Assembly: GCA_052327205.1 (NCBI GenBank)
Contig: CM126207.1
Coordinates: 85,436,001-85,500,000 of the forward strand
Length of the DNA stretch: 64,000 nucleotides
Origin: Somniosus microcephalus
Lineage: Eukaryota
Reading direction: 5' to 3'
Below, in pieces: positions 11,501 through 24,963 of the stretch (positions are counted from its first letter, which is position 1; each line of letters opens with the position of its first letter). The position numbers were made by a program, and so were the translations under genes. The notes beneath the pieces were generated by a model. The model did no database searches. It had not been told where the DNA came from and saw only the letters and a list, made by a program, of their open reading frames with translations.

Positions 11501-14500
11501 TACTCCATATTTTACCTTCTTTAGTAATGTCACTACCAATTATTCTGTAAATTCAGATCAAAATGGCCCATTGCAGTACTGTCCTCAACAATCTGCCAAT
11601 TATGCTGATACAAAATGTAATCAGCTCTACTTTAGATTACACATTAAACAATATTGTAGTTTAATTTTGCCCATAATTAAGGTATACTTTGATTATTTTC
11701 TCATGGAACATTACTTGTGTAATTTATTTTGTGACAAGTAAATCTACTGGCACAATCATTCAAACTTTCACAGTTCTGGTTTTGGAACGCAGGTCCGGTT
11801 TCCAAATGCATGCAGCTCCACAGTGTTGTTTGTAGCATTTTTGTAGTCATGAAAATTATGCTTACAAAACGTTTTTTTCTGCTGTACACAATATTTTTTA
11901 AATTTCAAGTTAAATACAGGTATTGTAGTTGCATAAAATAAAGCCACAACTTCTGGAAATAATCCAATGAAATTTGTGGGTGATTTTCAAAACCATGACC
12001 TTGATGAGAAAATGACTTGCACTAATTTTATGTTACCATGCATTTAGTGGGAAACCAAAGATGTACATTTAACTACCTGAGTACTGAACATTTACTAATT
12101 CCTTAGATTTGTTGTCTTTCTTGTAAAGAAAATGTCATTCACTGCATGTTCTTGACATCTGTGTTTGAAGGTTGTTCCTTGATTCATCGTGCAGTGTAAC
12201 ATGTTGCTCACTGAAATTTGACATTCATGAAGATTTAGTTCAGGAAGCCAGCAGAACGTCCATGATGAACTACATACATCCTGCTATATTTTTATAAATA
12301 TTTCCTTGTGTTTTACATTCGATTGATCTGGGGAAATGTTATGCTAGAGTATCAGAATAACATATTTTAAGTACATGAGTCAGGAATATGTTGTGAACAA
12401 AATATTTTACAAAGAAAATGTAAAAAGCAAGGTATTAGCAGATGTTCAGTAGTGATGTGGCTAAATACAATAGTTCTAACTGATAGAATATTATGTACAT
12501 GTTACAGTATATGTTCTGGTAAATAGATCACATTGCAGAAGGTTCACTTCTTCCCCAAAGGAGTAATATAGCAACCGTTCCTGGTGCTGTGAATTGGGAT
12601 GGATCCAGGGTTGCTGCTGGCTTCCATCTTATGTTATTTATCAAGGTTAAAATGTGAATTTTTTCCTTTTGTGTGATGGATTATAACTGCACAAGATACT
12701 TTAGGCTCTAACTGCAGCAAATATAAAAATATAATTTACATAGCATGGCTAATTAGTCCAATAGAGCAGTGTACGATTTTGAAAACATCTATAAAAGTCA
12801 CTCTAAATTGTATATAGAGAGGCCAACGTTTGAAAGCAGGACCTTGCATTTTGAGTGGGAAATGCACTTGATTTTCAATGATATACATTAATTAACTTTA
12901 TAGTAATTGCCTACTCCATATTGACTCACTCCATATTTTGGAGATGAATGCACTGAAGGATGGTTAAAGATCCTAATTAAATAATTGCTGAAGGCAGAGG
13001 CACTCAAGAGTGGTGCAACAGTTCTGCACCATGTGTTGTACAATGAGCTAGATCACTGTTGTGGGGCACAGGTGCTTCACATAAATACCAAGTGCCTGGT
13101 GCTTCTGCTTGATGCAGACAGTTATAGGTTAACGGTTCACCTAGAAAATTGGCTATTCCCAAGCAAAATTCAGAGAAATAAAAGAAATGAATGATTCCCA
13201 GTGAAAGAGAAGAACATCAATCTTGGTCAAACTGTCATTTTTTTGGGGTACACTGGGACAGAATTTTGTGAGCAATTTTGAAGTTGAGAATTAACAGAAA
13301 ATCAACATTGAAATGCTTGGTGGGACAGTTAAACATACAAAGCTGAGTGGTTTAAAGCTGTGTGTATGAGAATATTTTAAGGCCTTGAAATTAAATTGTC
13401 GGTATATCAGCGTACAGTAAGCAGGTTCATATGAAATTCCTCTGCCTATTACTTTAACAAAGTTGTTAATCTATTTAAAATCAACAAGGCTGAATCTCCT
13501 TTAAAATAGCAGATAAAGGAATTTCATACAGTCACATTGAATTGTTCTTATAATATTTGCAAAGTGTAACTTTAAGGCCAAAGTATTTTAAAAAAAATTC
13601 CACTATTAGGTATCTTAGTAAAACATTCCTTGTCTAAATTCTTCCCCAAATCACTCAAGTATAATGTGCTGAGAAGGTGAGCAGGTATCCTTCTGTCAGG
13701 CCTATGCCACTATCTAATCAGTCCAAGGATGTGTGATAGAGTGCCTTACCCACAGATTTTTTGTGGAGATTTCCTCCATCTCTGCCAGGCACCTCCCCCA
13801 AGTAGCCATGCTGAGGTCAAGAATTTATCGGATGGGGACTGGGGTACAATTCACTGTTGGATCACCCTCCCATACCACTGATTCATTTTATGCCGTTCCC
13901 ATCTCCCCAGAACCCTTCATTTATTAGGAGAACTAATTTAGAATTTTGAGTCCCCCAAGAAATCTCAAGGCTGTCATTATTAAAATAAATACAATTTTAA
14001 ATGAAAGAAACCCGAGAGCTGTAACAGAAAAATATATTTTGATGGTGTGCCTTCTCCGTCACAGGGGAAGTATCATTGGCTTTCTCTTCTTCCTTGCCTG
14101 CTGCTGTATTCCATTTTATAAACTGAAAAAGTATGTTGAGTTGTTTTCAATTGCTGATTTCTCAAGCACATTATTTCCTAAATTGTGTTTCTCTGTGACA
14201 TAGTCTGCAAGTGCCTTTGCAGTGAAGCCTTAGTAATTACTAAATGCTGGTACACACTTAGAAATAGCATACACAAACAAACTGCAACTCTGAGTGGTAG
14301 GATGAATGTTGGAGTCTGTCATTCCCCACGCCGTAAGCTTTCCACCACATTTGGACCGGGCCCGGGTGGGGGTGGGGGTGGGGGCAGGGCAGGGGGTGAT
14401 GAGTGGATGTGAGCCTCACAGTGCAGTGAAGATAATCAGAGGGTGAGTTAACCCAAACCAATTTTATGTACTTCTTACCAGCCAGTAAAAGAACAGCACT

Positions 14501-16279
14501 GGCAGAGACCTGGAAACAGATCAGCTCCATCCTTTAAGCTGGATGGTGGGTGCATGGTGCATAGGGACTTAAAGGAGGAGGGAGTATGATAAAATAAAAT
14601 TGTAAAACCACATGGAATTTTCAAGCAACATTAAGAGTTTATGTGCATATCATTAAAAGTGTCTCAATTTGTTTCCAAAGTTGTTAAGCACTCATATTTT
14701 CAGGAGGTATATAACTAAGATGTTTTTGCTTTCTTTCATTGCCCCTATTCTAATGTACTCTCGCTGAGCAGCTGCCGTTAGTTGGCATCTGCAAAACCCA
14801 CACCATGATCGTCAGGCATTACAAGTCCAGTGTTCACCAAACTGTCAATGCCTGTTGTGATTAGCAACATGAAACGTAATGTGTTTTATTCCAACAAGGA
14901 GTGAACTCTCAAAAAATCAGCCCCATAGCACCATGGCCCTTGATTTGCACCACATCATAAGGAGGGAACTACAAAATATCACAGTTGCTATAAAAATACA
15001 AGGAGAAAAAAAATCTTTTTCTTCGCCACTAAGCCTTTCAAACAAAATTATGTCTTCAATATCCCATTGGTGTTTACTTAATTTGGAAATGGGTATAATA
15101 ACGGTAACAATACGGTCCCTCACAGATCAGGGGATTGTGTTTGCAGATTGAACATAAATGCACTTCAGAAATACAAACACTCAAAAGGATAAAATATTTC
15201 TCAAAGGGAAACCTGGAAAGGGTAATTGAATAAGCTTGGATCTCTGAAATATGTCATGGTGAGTGCAGTCAACATGTCATAATTAGTTTCACTGAAGACC
15301 ATTCCAACAATCTGCTTCTATTCTTCCTGCATCATTGTCCGCAGCTAGGCAAATAGCCAGAGGACAAAAGGAATCAAGTTCTGACAAAACATGAAAGAGT
15401 AAAAAGATTTAACTGCTTTTATCAAAGAAACTGAGAAGGACTTTGTGTAAATAAAGTGAATAACTTGCCATCAATATTTCAGCAATTGCAGTTTTTCAAT
15501 ACAATAAACTATTAACACATAAAAAAGTGGTATTTTGAAAGCTTTTTGCAATACTTATCAACTTGTTTTTAAAAAAAATATTAGATCAATAAGCAGATCG
15601 GTATGGACAATGCAGCAACTTTATAACTTATCAGATCACAGGATGTAAGGCAGTGTTTGTATGATGCTATAAAACTGACTGCACGGTATCTATAGGTGCT
15701 TGACTGAGGTTACTTACTGTTAAAAGTTTCCAAGCCAAAATATTTGTGATAGACATAAGAAATGAAAAATAAATTCAGTCATAAGTAAGAAATAACATTG
15801 TAAACTGACGAGCAACTGTTTCATGACAAGTACAGAATTAATATTAAGGAAAATAAATTACCAAAAAAAATAGCAATAGAAAGGATGGATAGAATTGGAA
15901 ATAAAAAAGACACGGCAGCAATTATAAGGAAAATGAATTTTAAAACTAAGTGCATTTGAAGTTGTAAGAAGGATCTTGTAATTTAAAATGCAGCCATTAC
16001 CATTTTATTGATAGAAGCAGCAATGTTTAGTTAATTTAGTTTATGGCAAAGATTCTGCATTGCACTTAAATATCAAGACAATGAAGATAGTACTGTACTA
16101 TTGCATTTGTTAAGATAACATATTAATTAAAATAAGGTACAGAACTAAGAAACATCTAACTTAAGCAATTCCATTGTTTTCCTGCACCTCATAGTGATAG
16201 AAAGTTGTTGTGCCATTGTGGGTTGAACTGAATAGCACTATTTCGTAGTAGTATATTTATGTTGGTTTTCTCTTGTTTG

Positions 16280-16520
16280 TTTACAGTACAAATTACCATT
16301 AGAGCAAAGCTTCTTCAACTCTTTCTGCCTCCCCCTTCATGAGGCCTTCAGCATGGTGACCATCCAAGCATAAAAACATGCTTATCTGCAAATGAATGGC
16401 AGCTCTATGCTTCATTAAAGCTTCTTTCTCTTTTGGCACTCGCATTGTGACCCTTTGATATTAATTCAAAGGGCAATTAATGAATGCGGCTTGTCTTTGA
16501 AGTGAGGTATTCAGGGCAGG
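16280..16520. promoter_or_regulatory. Candidate Wnt-responsive enhancer (inverted TCF/LEF pair)
   Basis: CCCTTTGA-tATTAAT-TCAAAGGG at 16451-16473, Sox-type CATTGT at 16443-16448, third CTTTGAA at 16495-16501. Confidence 0.55.
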
Positions 16521-19500
16521 GAATAGGATGAACCTGAGGCTGCAATGGACTATATTCATTCAGTAGCCCTTCATAAGGGGTACATCCAGTTCAGGGAGTT
16601 TTGTTTCAGCTTGTGGTTAATGTAGCGCAGCTGATTCTGTGTTTGTTAATTGCGTTATATTGGCGTTGAGTACTGGCAGTGTTGCTTGCAGCCAGTTGCA
16701 CCTAGAGGTTTATTTTAATGTTTCTGCCTATTTCTAGGTTTAGCGTTCAGGTTGGGAAGTGGCTTATTTATATTTTGTAACTTATTGCACTGAATTGATT
16801 GTGCTCAATTGCATTAAGCGTTGGGAGTTGCTGAATTGGTATTGCACTGAGTTGACTAAGTGCTAATTTGGCTGCACTCAGTTAACTATATGCACTGAAT
16901 TGGGATTCACTCTACTGTGACCAAATCCTTCATAAGGCAGTTTGAATTGACTAAAAGAAAATGGACAAGAGAAGGTCAAGGAGAAAGGGCTAAAGAAGCA
17001 CTCTATTTGTTAGAAGTATTAGCCAAGCAAAACTCTAAATAGCAACAATATGACCACAGTTAATAGACAAGCCAGACAGAGGCATGTCAATCACTAATCT
17101 TGGAAAGCAATAGACTGTAGCCCACTGTTTTATCCAATTAGCTTGGTAAACTCAGCATCTGTGATGATAATGTGCTCATTCCAGATTGCTGAGTTTGTTA
17201 ATTAATTACAAAGATAATATCCAGCGAGCTATCGACATCTTACTACCAATATATAAAAGTTTTCTTCTCATTCATTGATTTTCCCAAATTAACAAGATTT
17301 TAATGTTTAAGTAAAGCAGCAAATGGAGTGTTCAACTTTGAAAAGCACATAACTTTTTCATAGGATAAAAGAATCATGTTTTGTGAGTTTTAATCTCATT
17401 TATTTATGATCATGAAAGTGGCACGGATCCTATTTTCTATGAAGCTGATAATTTAAGCCTTATTAATGTACCAATACTAGCAGAGAACAGGATTAAAGCT
17501 CACTGCCAGGTTTATGGGCTTCATACTGCCTTCACACCATTATACTTGGGAGTAAAATACTCAGTGAGAAACTGCTATAGGATCCTACCAACCTTTGCAG
17601 TTTCCCTGGTTACCATACAATAAAGTAAAATTACATCTATTTGCATAGAAATACATACGGACACATATCTGTGTGTGTTTATTCACTAATTATGCTGTAC
17701 AATCTAAAAAGCTGGTTATTTATAGCCATATAAGGCACAATTAGTTCATAATATTTTGGTTTGTTAACTTGGACCTTCTGTTATAAGCCAATGAATGTTC
17801 AAGATAATGGATTGAATCTTGTGATCACGAAAGACAAGAAAATCACTAGTACATAAAGAGGATTCATTATGCTCTAAACAAATATACAGATGTATGAGCA
17901 GTTCAAGAACATGAACTTTTATGTTTGTACCAAGAGCTGGAGTATTTGATATCTGAAAGCAAAGCCTAGATTTGGATTTCTTAGCAATGCACTGGCGTTC
18001 AGGGGCTGCTTCAATGGAGCACCAATTGAATGGGTAGATGTGCACCTGGAGATTGAATTGTTTTTAACTGGATTAACACTGAAAGAGTCAAATGGATCTG
18101 ATTTGGGCCGATTTGTATTAGATTTAGAAAGATGTAGTCAACTCATCCCCAGTAAAGATTGGATGGATGGATGAATGGAATACTGTGATTATGGAATTTA
18201 TCAGTACTGAGAGCTGGTCTGTTTTGAGTACAGTATAAACAGACTAAGCTGATCTCACCAGCACAGTAAATGGAGCAGAAGATATTTATAATATTTTCTA
18301 TGTTATTTATAATGAGAACCATTGACTGTAAAACACAGATGGCGTTATTGTGGTCAGAGCAATGCGTCTGTGAATATTTCAAGGAGATGATCAAGAGTTG
18401 TTAGGTCTTTGTGATTAACCATAGTTAATGGCTTAAAGCACCAGTTTTTCTATTGCGTTTCATTAACATTTCCACTGTCAGATCTATTTTTACATGTGTG
18501 CTAGCCAAAGGATTTATTTGTTGTACTTGGCTTCCAGGAAAAAAAAATGTCTCCAGCAAGAAGATTCTCATTTATGATCACAATTCCCATTATATAATTT
18601 TGTAGTATACAGTAATGGGTAATTAATGGTGAAAGGTGCAGTGTTACAACAGGACAGCGCTGGCCAGATGTCAAGTCCTTGTCTGGTGTTTGATGTATAT
18701 GGTAATTTCCACATCAATTTGTTGTGCAAAGAATCCCAACAGTTGTGACCTGTCCTTTTCCCCACCATTACTGAAATATGGATATTAAATGAACTATGTA
18801 GGACTGTAGGAGTGCTTTAACATAAACTGTGAATCTAAATGTCTGAATGAGCTCTTTGTTTATAGTCAGCGATTGTTGACCTGTTCAAATATATGAGAAA
18901 AGAAGCACTGACTCAGTCAGTGAAAGAGACTCTTGACCATTGCCCTCTTGTGGTCATGTGACATGGTTACTTCAGGCTGTTCACCTTTGAGAATAACTGG
19001 GAAGCAGGTCCTGCAACATGTATATCAGTCTATATATACACAGTAGATTTTAAAAACCTTCCAAATAAAACCTGTCTGAAAGTGAGAATTTGGAGTCTGA
19101 AATGTTTATCACTCAGGAGTCATAGGTGAAGAAATTGGGTTAAAGGGTCAACTGTTTCCCTTGTTTATTTTCCCTTTCAAGTAAAGTAAACAAAAGCAAA
19201 AAGAAATAGGGAAGAGATGAAAAGAAATGACAGCATAGGTGTCTTAGTCACATTCAAATCTTTAAAATCTCGCAGCACCCCAAGTCTATTTATACTAAGT
19301 TTAAAAATGTTCCACGCTAACCCAACATATGATGAAACTCAAATTCATTTAAACAGTTTTTATCTTTTGACTCTCATATCCACTAAAAATTTTGCTTCCA
19401 ACACTAATTCACTGAAGCCTTACAAAAGAGATAAAATAGCATTAAAATATCAAAATGAAAGTGTAATGTTCTTGGGTTTTAATACTGGGGTCAAGTAGGA

Positions 19501-22500
19501 GCAAGTTGCTCATCCAAATTGAAGGCAGGAAATCTATCAGCACAACTTTTGAAGGCATGTTTGTAACATACTGCCAGGTCAAAGTTTATCATAAGGTCAA
19601 TGTCTACCAGTGTTTCCCTGTTTGAGTTTTAATTAACTGACCATTTATTTTTAAATGACAGTGAAAATAGGGCCGTGCCAAAATTTAATTCCTGAAATGT
19701 ACTCTGAGATTTCTGTAATTACATTCAACAGTTATAACACTGTAATAACCAGATTCTGTTTGAGAAAAGAGTGTGGAAAACAACACAATTATTTCCATAG
19801 TTATGGCGTACAAACTATGGGGAGGCTGTTTTTGATGTTAGCACCCCAGGCCAGCATACAGAACTTTCATGGTAGATTTGCAGTTTCCACAGCAAGAGAA
19901 ATATTCAGTGTTCCTACATTTAAAAAGTAAATGTTTTTACGGTTCATTAATTCACATCAGAATACAAAATCAAAGAACAAGGGTAAAAGGTTGGAATCAG
20001 TGTCATAATGAAACAATTCTATGGTGTCATTAGAGGGATCAGTTTTGCATGTTTTAAGTAATTAAAATTCAACTTTCATATGGCCCCTAGTGGCCATAAA
20101 AATGTCCATTTTATGCTTTTCAACATGGCTTTTTCTAATTGTCCTGCTTTCTGGCATGACAAAAACAAACTTTCCTGGGGTGGTGCCAATTGGAAATTTG
20201 TTCTTGTTTTCACACCAGTGATACATGTGTCCCAACTCCACATGTGACTATGATTGTTGCTGTGATCGTATCCATTAGGAATCATGCTTACTAAATGCTT
20301 AATTTTTTTTCCAAAACTAAACAGTGACTGTAGAAGATAACCATTAGATGCAGTTGAATAAATGTTATAATACTACTTTAATTTAAAACATTGATGCCTG
20401 GTCATCTTTTAAGAATTTGGCAACAAAGGCTAAATGGTTTCAAAAGCAAATCTGTTCTTAATGGAGAGGAGTAACTTGGTAAGGGTAAAGGGCCAAGAAC
20501 CAACTCCTTTCTGTGCACTGCAGCCATTAACTTACTTACACTTTTATATCTTATAAATTCTGAAACCCAACACATTTTTGCAACTTCCTATAGAAATAAT
20601 TTAAATTTAAATGTAATTATGGATGCATTTGAACAATTTATGTTAGAACAGATTTGTTAAAAAGCAATATATTCAATAACTTAAGGCTGGAGTTTGGTAT
20701 TTGTACATCTCTGGCAAAGTATTATTCTCATGAAATTGGAGGCTACTGTACAAAGTTTCTTTCAGTGGTGGCGGGGTTAAGAAGTGACAAGGCTCATCCC
20801 TGGCCAATATGCACAGTTGTTCTCCTCCAGATGTTTGTTTACATTTTAATTAATCTTAATGAGTTTAACTCTAAACTAAACGTTATTAGTTACTGGATGC
20901 ATGGCATTAGATAAAGTGAAATGATCCTGTCATGTTCTATGTTAATAATTTTACGTGTATTAGGCAGTGGAGACAATAGATCTTCAGTAAATAGTTGATG
21001 CTTTTTGCCATGATCTATATAAAGTAGTTTTGCTAATGATTTATCTATTTTATAGACAATTTAGGCAGGTGTAAAATTAATCTCTTTAGTAGATCTCATA
21101 GCCACAGCAGCAGAACGATAGGCACAGATGGGCCAGAAGCTGTCATCCCATCATTGCCGTGAGTACATCTGCTTTACTTCAATGTACTGTTATATGTACT
21201 CAGTCAATCACTTTGTCCCATTTGCTGAGAAGCTAAACTGGTCTGATCTGCAAATAAATTGTTCATTTGTCTTTTTTCCCTTTTGTTTTGTTTTGGTAAC
21301 ACATGTCGACAGCTCAATTACCCAGTTCATTAACAGCTCCCAAAAGACTCTGTGGCCGGCCTATGATAGGAACTGTGCTGGGAGCACATATGGTCTGTAA
21401 AGGCCCTTCGCTTGATAGTTATATAAACGAAAATGACTGCTGCCTTTATCTTCAGTGTTTCCTATGCCAAGACTAGCCCTCACAATGCAAGCAACTGTTT
21501 CTGATTGTATTGATCGGGTTGGATTCCCTTCACAAAGATACTCTTGCGTACAGTGTCATATTCTATGCATACTTGTTTAACTAGATTATGCGTTTGCTAG
21601 TGTTGCTATCTCTGGTTAAAGAGATTTTAAAAGTTTGCTTTGTGATGTGTTCCACATAGATAAATGAAGATCTAATTAGAAACTTTTTCATTTGACACAC
21701 CACAAACTTTGAAGTGGTGATTTTGTATTCCTCCTAAATTTCCCCCCGAAAAATCCTTACATCTTGAGCACCTTAATTCAATAGCACAAAGGTTTGAACA
21801 GAATGTCTGCTGAATTGTGTAAACCTAAGTTCTTGTTTGGCTGCTATCTTCTTACCAATGTGCAATTGGATGGATTTTAAAAGAAAAACTGCACATCAGT
21901 CAAAATACAATAGCAAAAACATTTCGCACAATGCTACAATACTTTGGAGTTTCCACAAAGAAATGCAACTGGGCTGCAAAGTAATTCATTAAAGTTTTTC
22001 TATTTGAAATGAATTCTCCTGAATAAAATGTGTGGTTGCTTTTAATCATGTACGCTTCCAAATAGCAGTCCAACTGAAACAGACAGCACAAAAAAGGTCT
22101 TTCATTAACTTAGGTTAAAGATGAAGGTACTCCTTAGTAACATGCACTTGGATTTAATCATTGAAATTGGTTTAAACAATGTTTGTTCTGAGTTAACCAT
22201 CAACCTGTATGCAGTAATAATGCGAAAAGCTTGAGGGGAGCTCCTGGCTGACTTTAGACCTTCTGAACTTGTCTCCTGCTGTTTACTATATTCATATTTA
22301 ATCTGTATTCTCCACCCACAGCAAAACCACTGTGGGAGTTGTTGCATGTCAGAGTTTATTTGTACCATTTTGGTTAGTACAGAGCTGTCAGGGGCTTATT
22401 TTGTTATTAATGACCCCTTGCTGTGGAGCTGAGACTCAGGAAAATGGAGGAGGGGAAAGTTGGTTGGGGGGATGGCAGGAATTAAATGCATCTTCATGGA

Positions 22501-23869
22501 AGAGAAACTAGCCTAAAAAAGCTTGAAAGCACACCAATAGGTTTTATCAAGTGGCTACTGTGCTACTCTTCTCCCCCCCCCCCAAAAAAAGACTAAGCTA
22601 TAGGTAATAGAAAATCTGAAACTGCTATATCCCAAGTTATCATGATTATCCCAAATTCCTAAAAAAAAACTTTTGCAGTGCATACATGTTGTTTGGAATA
22701 ATACACTAAACCAACATTTACTGCCGATTAGGCAACTTTTTGTATTAAAACTAATGTATAGAAACATTGTATGACACGAGTACCTCCAGGTGCTACAGGC
22801 TCCTAAAACAGAGAAAGCTGGATTAACCCCTGCCGAGTTTCCTTCTCCAGCCCTCAACTGCTCTACTCCATTCCTCTTAAGTGTCTCTTTGTGCCAGGCA
22901 GGTGTCAAATGCTGACTGTGAGGAAGGGCCTGTTGATGTATACCACAGATGGAGCGTGGAAATTGGCAGAATAGGCTTCTGCCATAGGCCACTTCTTAGG
23001 CCCCAACAAAAGGAGCCAAATATGTCAACAAAAATCCTGAGAACCACAAAGAGGAAAGTGTCATTTGTCATTAACTCTGATCCAGTGATGGGGTATCAGA
23101 GTTACTAAAGCATGCCTAGTTTTCAGGCAAGTAAAAATGATAGTTCTGGTTCTTTAGAATAAGAAGTTTGGTTTAGTTTAGGAAACAGGTGGCTGTTGGC
23201 AGACTGCAGTTTGTTTGCAGTATTTTCAGCTGGAAAGATTATACTACCTTGTACTTGTTGGAATTTTTAAGGATTAATTTGAATTAAATTTATTATTGGA
23301 TGGCAAAGCTTTTAATTTTTTTTGATAATCATTCACAAATAGCAAAATAGGACAAAAAAAGACCCACAAAACAGTGACTGTGATATAGCAGACATTAATG
23401 GATCTCCACAAAATACAATTTTTAGTCCCACACCGTGGCTGACTGGATTAGCCTTGAGTATCAAATTTGAAAGTGAAAACATCAGACCCATGAGTGAAAT
23501 TAAAGGTAATTTTTCACTAGGAGGCATTGTATATCTTGTTCAACAAACTTGCTGTGCCTTGCAAGAATTACATTTTTTTTAAAGTTTGTTTTGTTATTTT
23601 GAGAAAGCTACTAACTGCTGAAAGCCATAGCAGCTGTGGAAGTACAGGAGATGTTGCTGTGTTTTTTTAAATCTTCACACTCTACCCTTGGACAATAGTG
23701 TGGAGTGGTGGAAGGATTCACAAGCTGATTAACAATCTGATAGGCCGTGATGTGAACGCTCCTTCCATGGCCGTAACCATCTTTATACCAGCACATAGGG
23801 CGGTTTGATCCCATACGGTGAGAGGGGGAGCCACCCACACCCATTGGATGCAAGTGTCCCATTGGATGT

Positions 23870-23980
23870 CAATCCAAAATTCAGAGCCGGCACTCCATTT
23901 GTCTTGACTCTCTGGAGCCGTTTTCGAACCCCACACCTTCTGACTCAGAGGCACAAATGTTACCAATAAGCCAAAGGCTC
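23870..23980 (-). mobile_element. 5' (tRNA-like head) fragment of the Deu-type SINE
   Basis: gaaccccacaccttctgactcagaggcacaaatgttaccaataagccaaaggct matches the head of the 24.9 kb copy. Confidence 0.6.
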
Positions 23981-24504
23981 ACTCCATATGGGAAATGTTT
24001 CCACAGCTTCAACACCTGTGAGTGTGGTCAAAACATTTAAAATATAATGGCCCAGAGTTTCCTGGAACAGCGCGATCACAATGTACATGATAAATTTTGT
24101 TATTTTGCGCGTCTATCTTCCCGTCGCGAATTTATGCCGAAATTTCCTGGTAAAGTAATGTGAATATGCTGCGGAGAGCATAATGGTGAGCCAGGGACCT
24201 GAGAAGCGGCTCAGCCAATGATTTACATCATGTGTGTCAATGAACTAATTCAGCAGATCAATATTGGCATGACTTGAGTCATAGAATTCAAATCCTTTCA
24301 TTATGCTGAACTTGATCACCCATAGAAAATTGTCTGAGTTATGGATATACTCAGCTGCTGTATTCAGTTTTCAGGAACATTCTAAGTTAGAGATTTTTTA
24401 TTTTTGCCATTTATTTAGAAGATAACATTAAAAATGTAAGTTACCGAAGAAGTCTCAGATTAAAAAAAAACACTTTCATCAATAGTATGTGTAGGCACAA
24501 AATA

Positions 24505-24963
24505 AAGAGAAACTTGCATTTATATAGCGCCTTTCACAACCACCAGACATCTCAAAGTGCTTTACAGCCAATGAAGCACTTTTGGAGTGGAGTCACTGTT
24601 GTAATGTGGGAAACGCAGCAACCAATTTGTACACAGCAAGCTTTCACAAATAGTAATGTGATAATGACCAGATAATCTGTTTTTGTAATGTTGATTGAGG
24701 GATAAATATTGGCCAGGACATAACTCCTCTGCTCTTCTTCGAAATTGTGTCATGGGATCTTTTATATCCACTGGCAAGAGCAGACAAGGCCTTGAGCTAA
24801 CATCTCATCCGAAAAGAGGCACCTCTGACAGTGCAGCACTCCCTCAGTACTGCACTGGAGTGTCAGCCTAGATTTATGTGCTCAAGTCCCTGGAGTGGGA
24901 CTATGAACCCATAACCTTCTAACTCAGAAGCGAGTGTGCTACCAACTGAACCACAGCTGACAC
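24505..24963 (-). mobile_element. Full-length Deu-domain tRNA SINE (SacSINE1-like)
   Basis: Runs from tail aacttgcatttatatagcgcctttcac through the central cagtgcagcactccctcagtactgcactggagtgtcagcctag block to head gaacccataaccttctaactcagaagcgagtgtgctaccaactgaaccacagctgaca (A/B boxes on the minus strand). Confidence 0.9.

Noticed and set aside
24895-24963. tRNA gene
   Set aside because: The A/B-box-like sequence is the head of a SINE; no complete cloverleaf.
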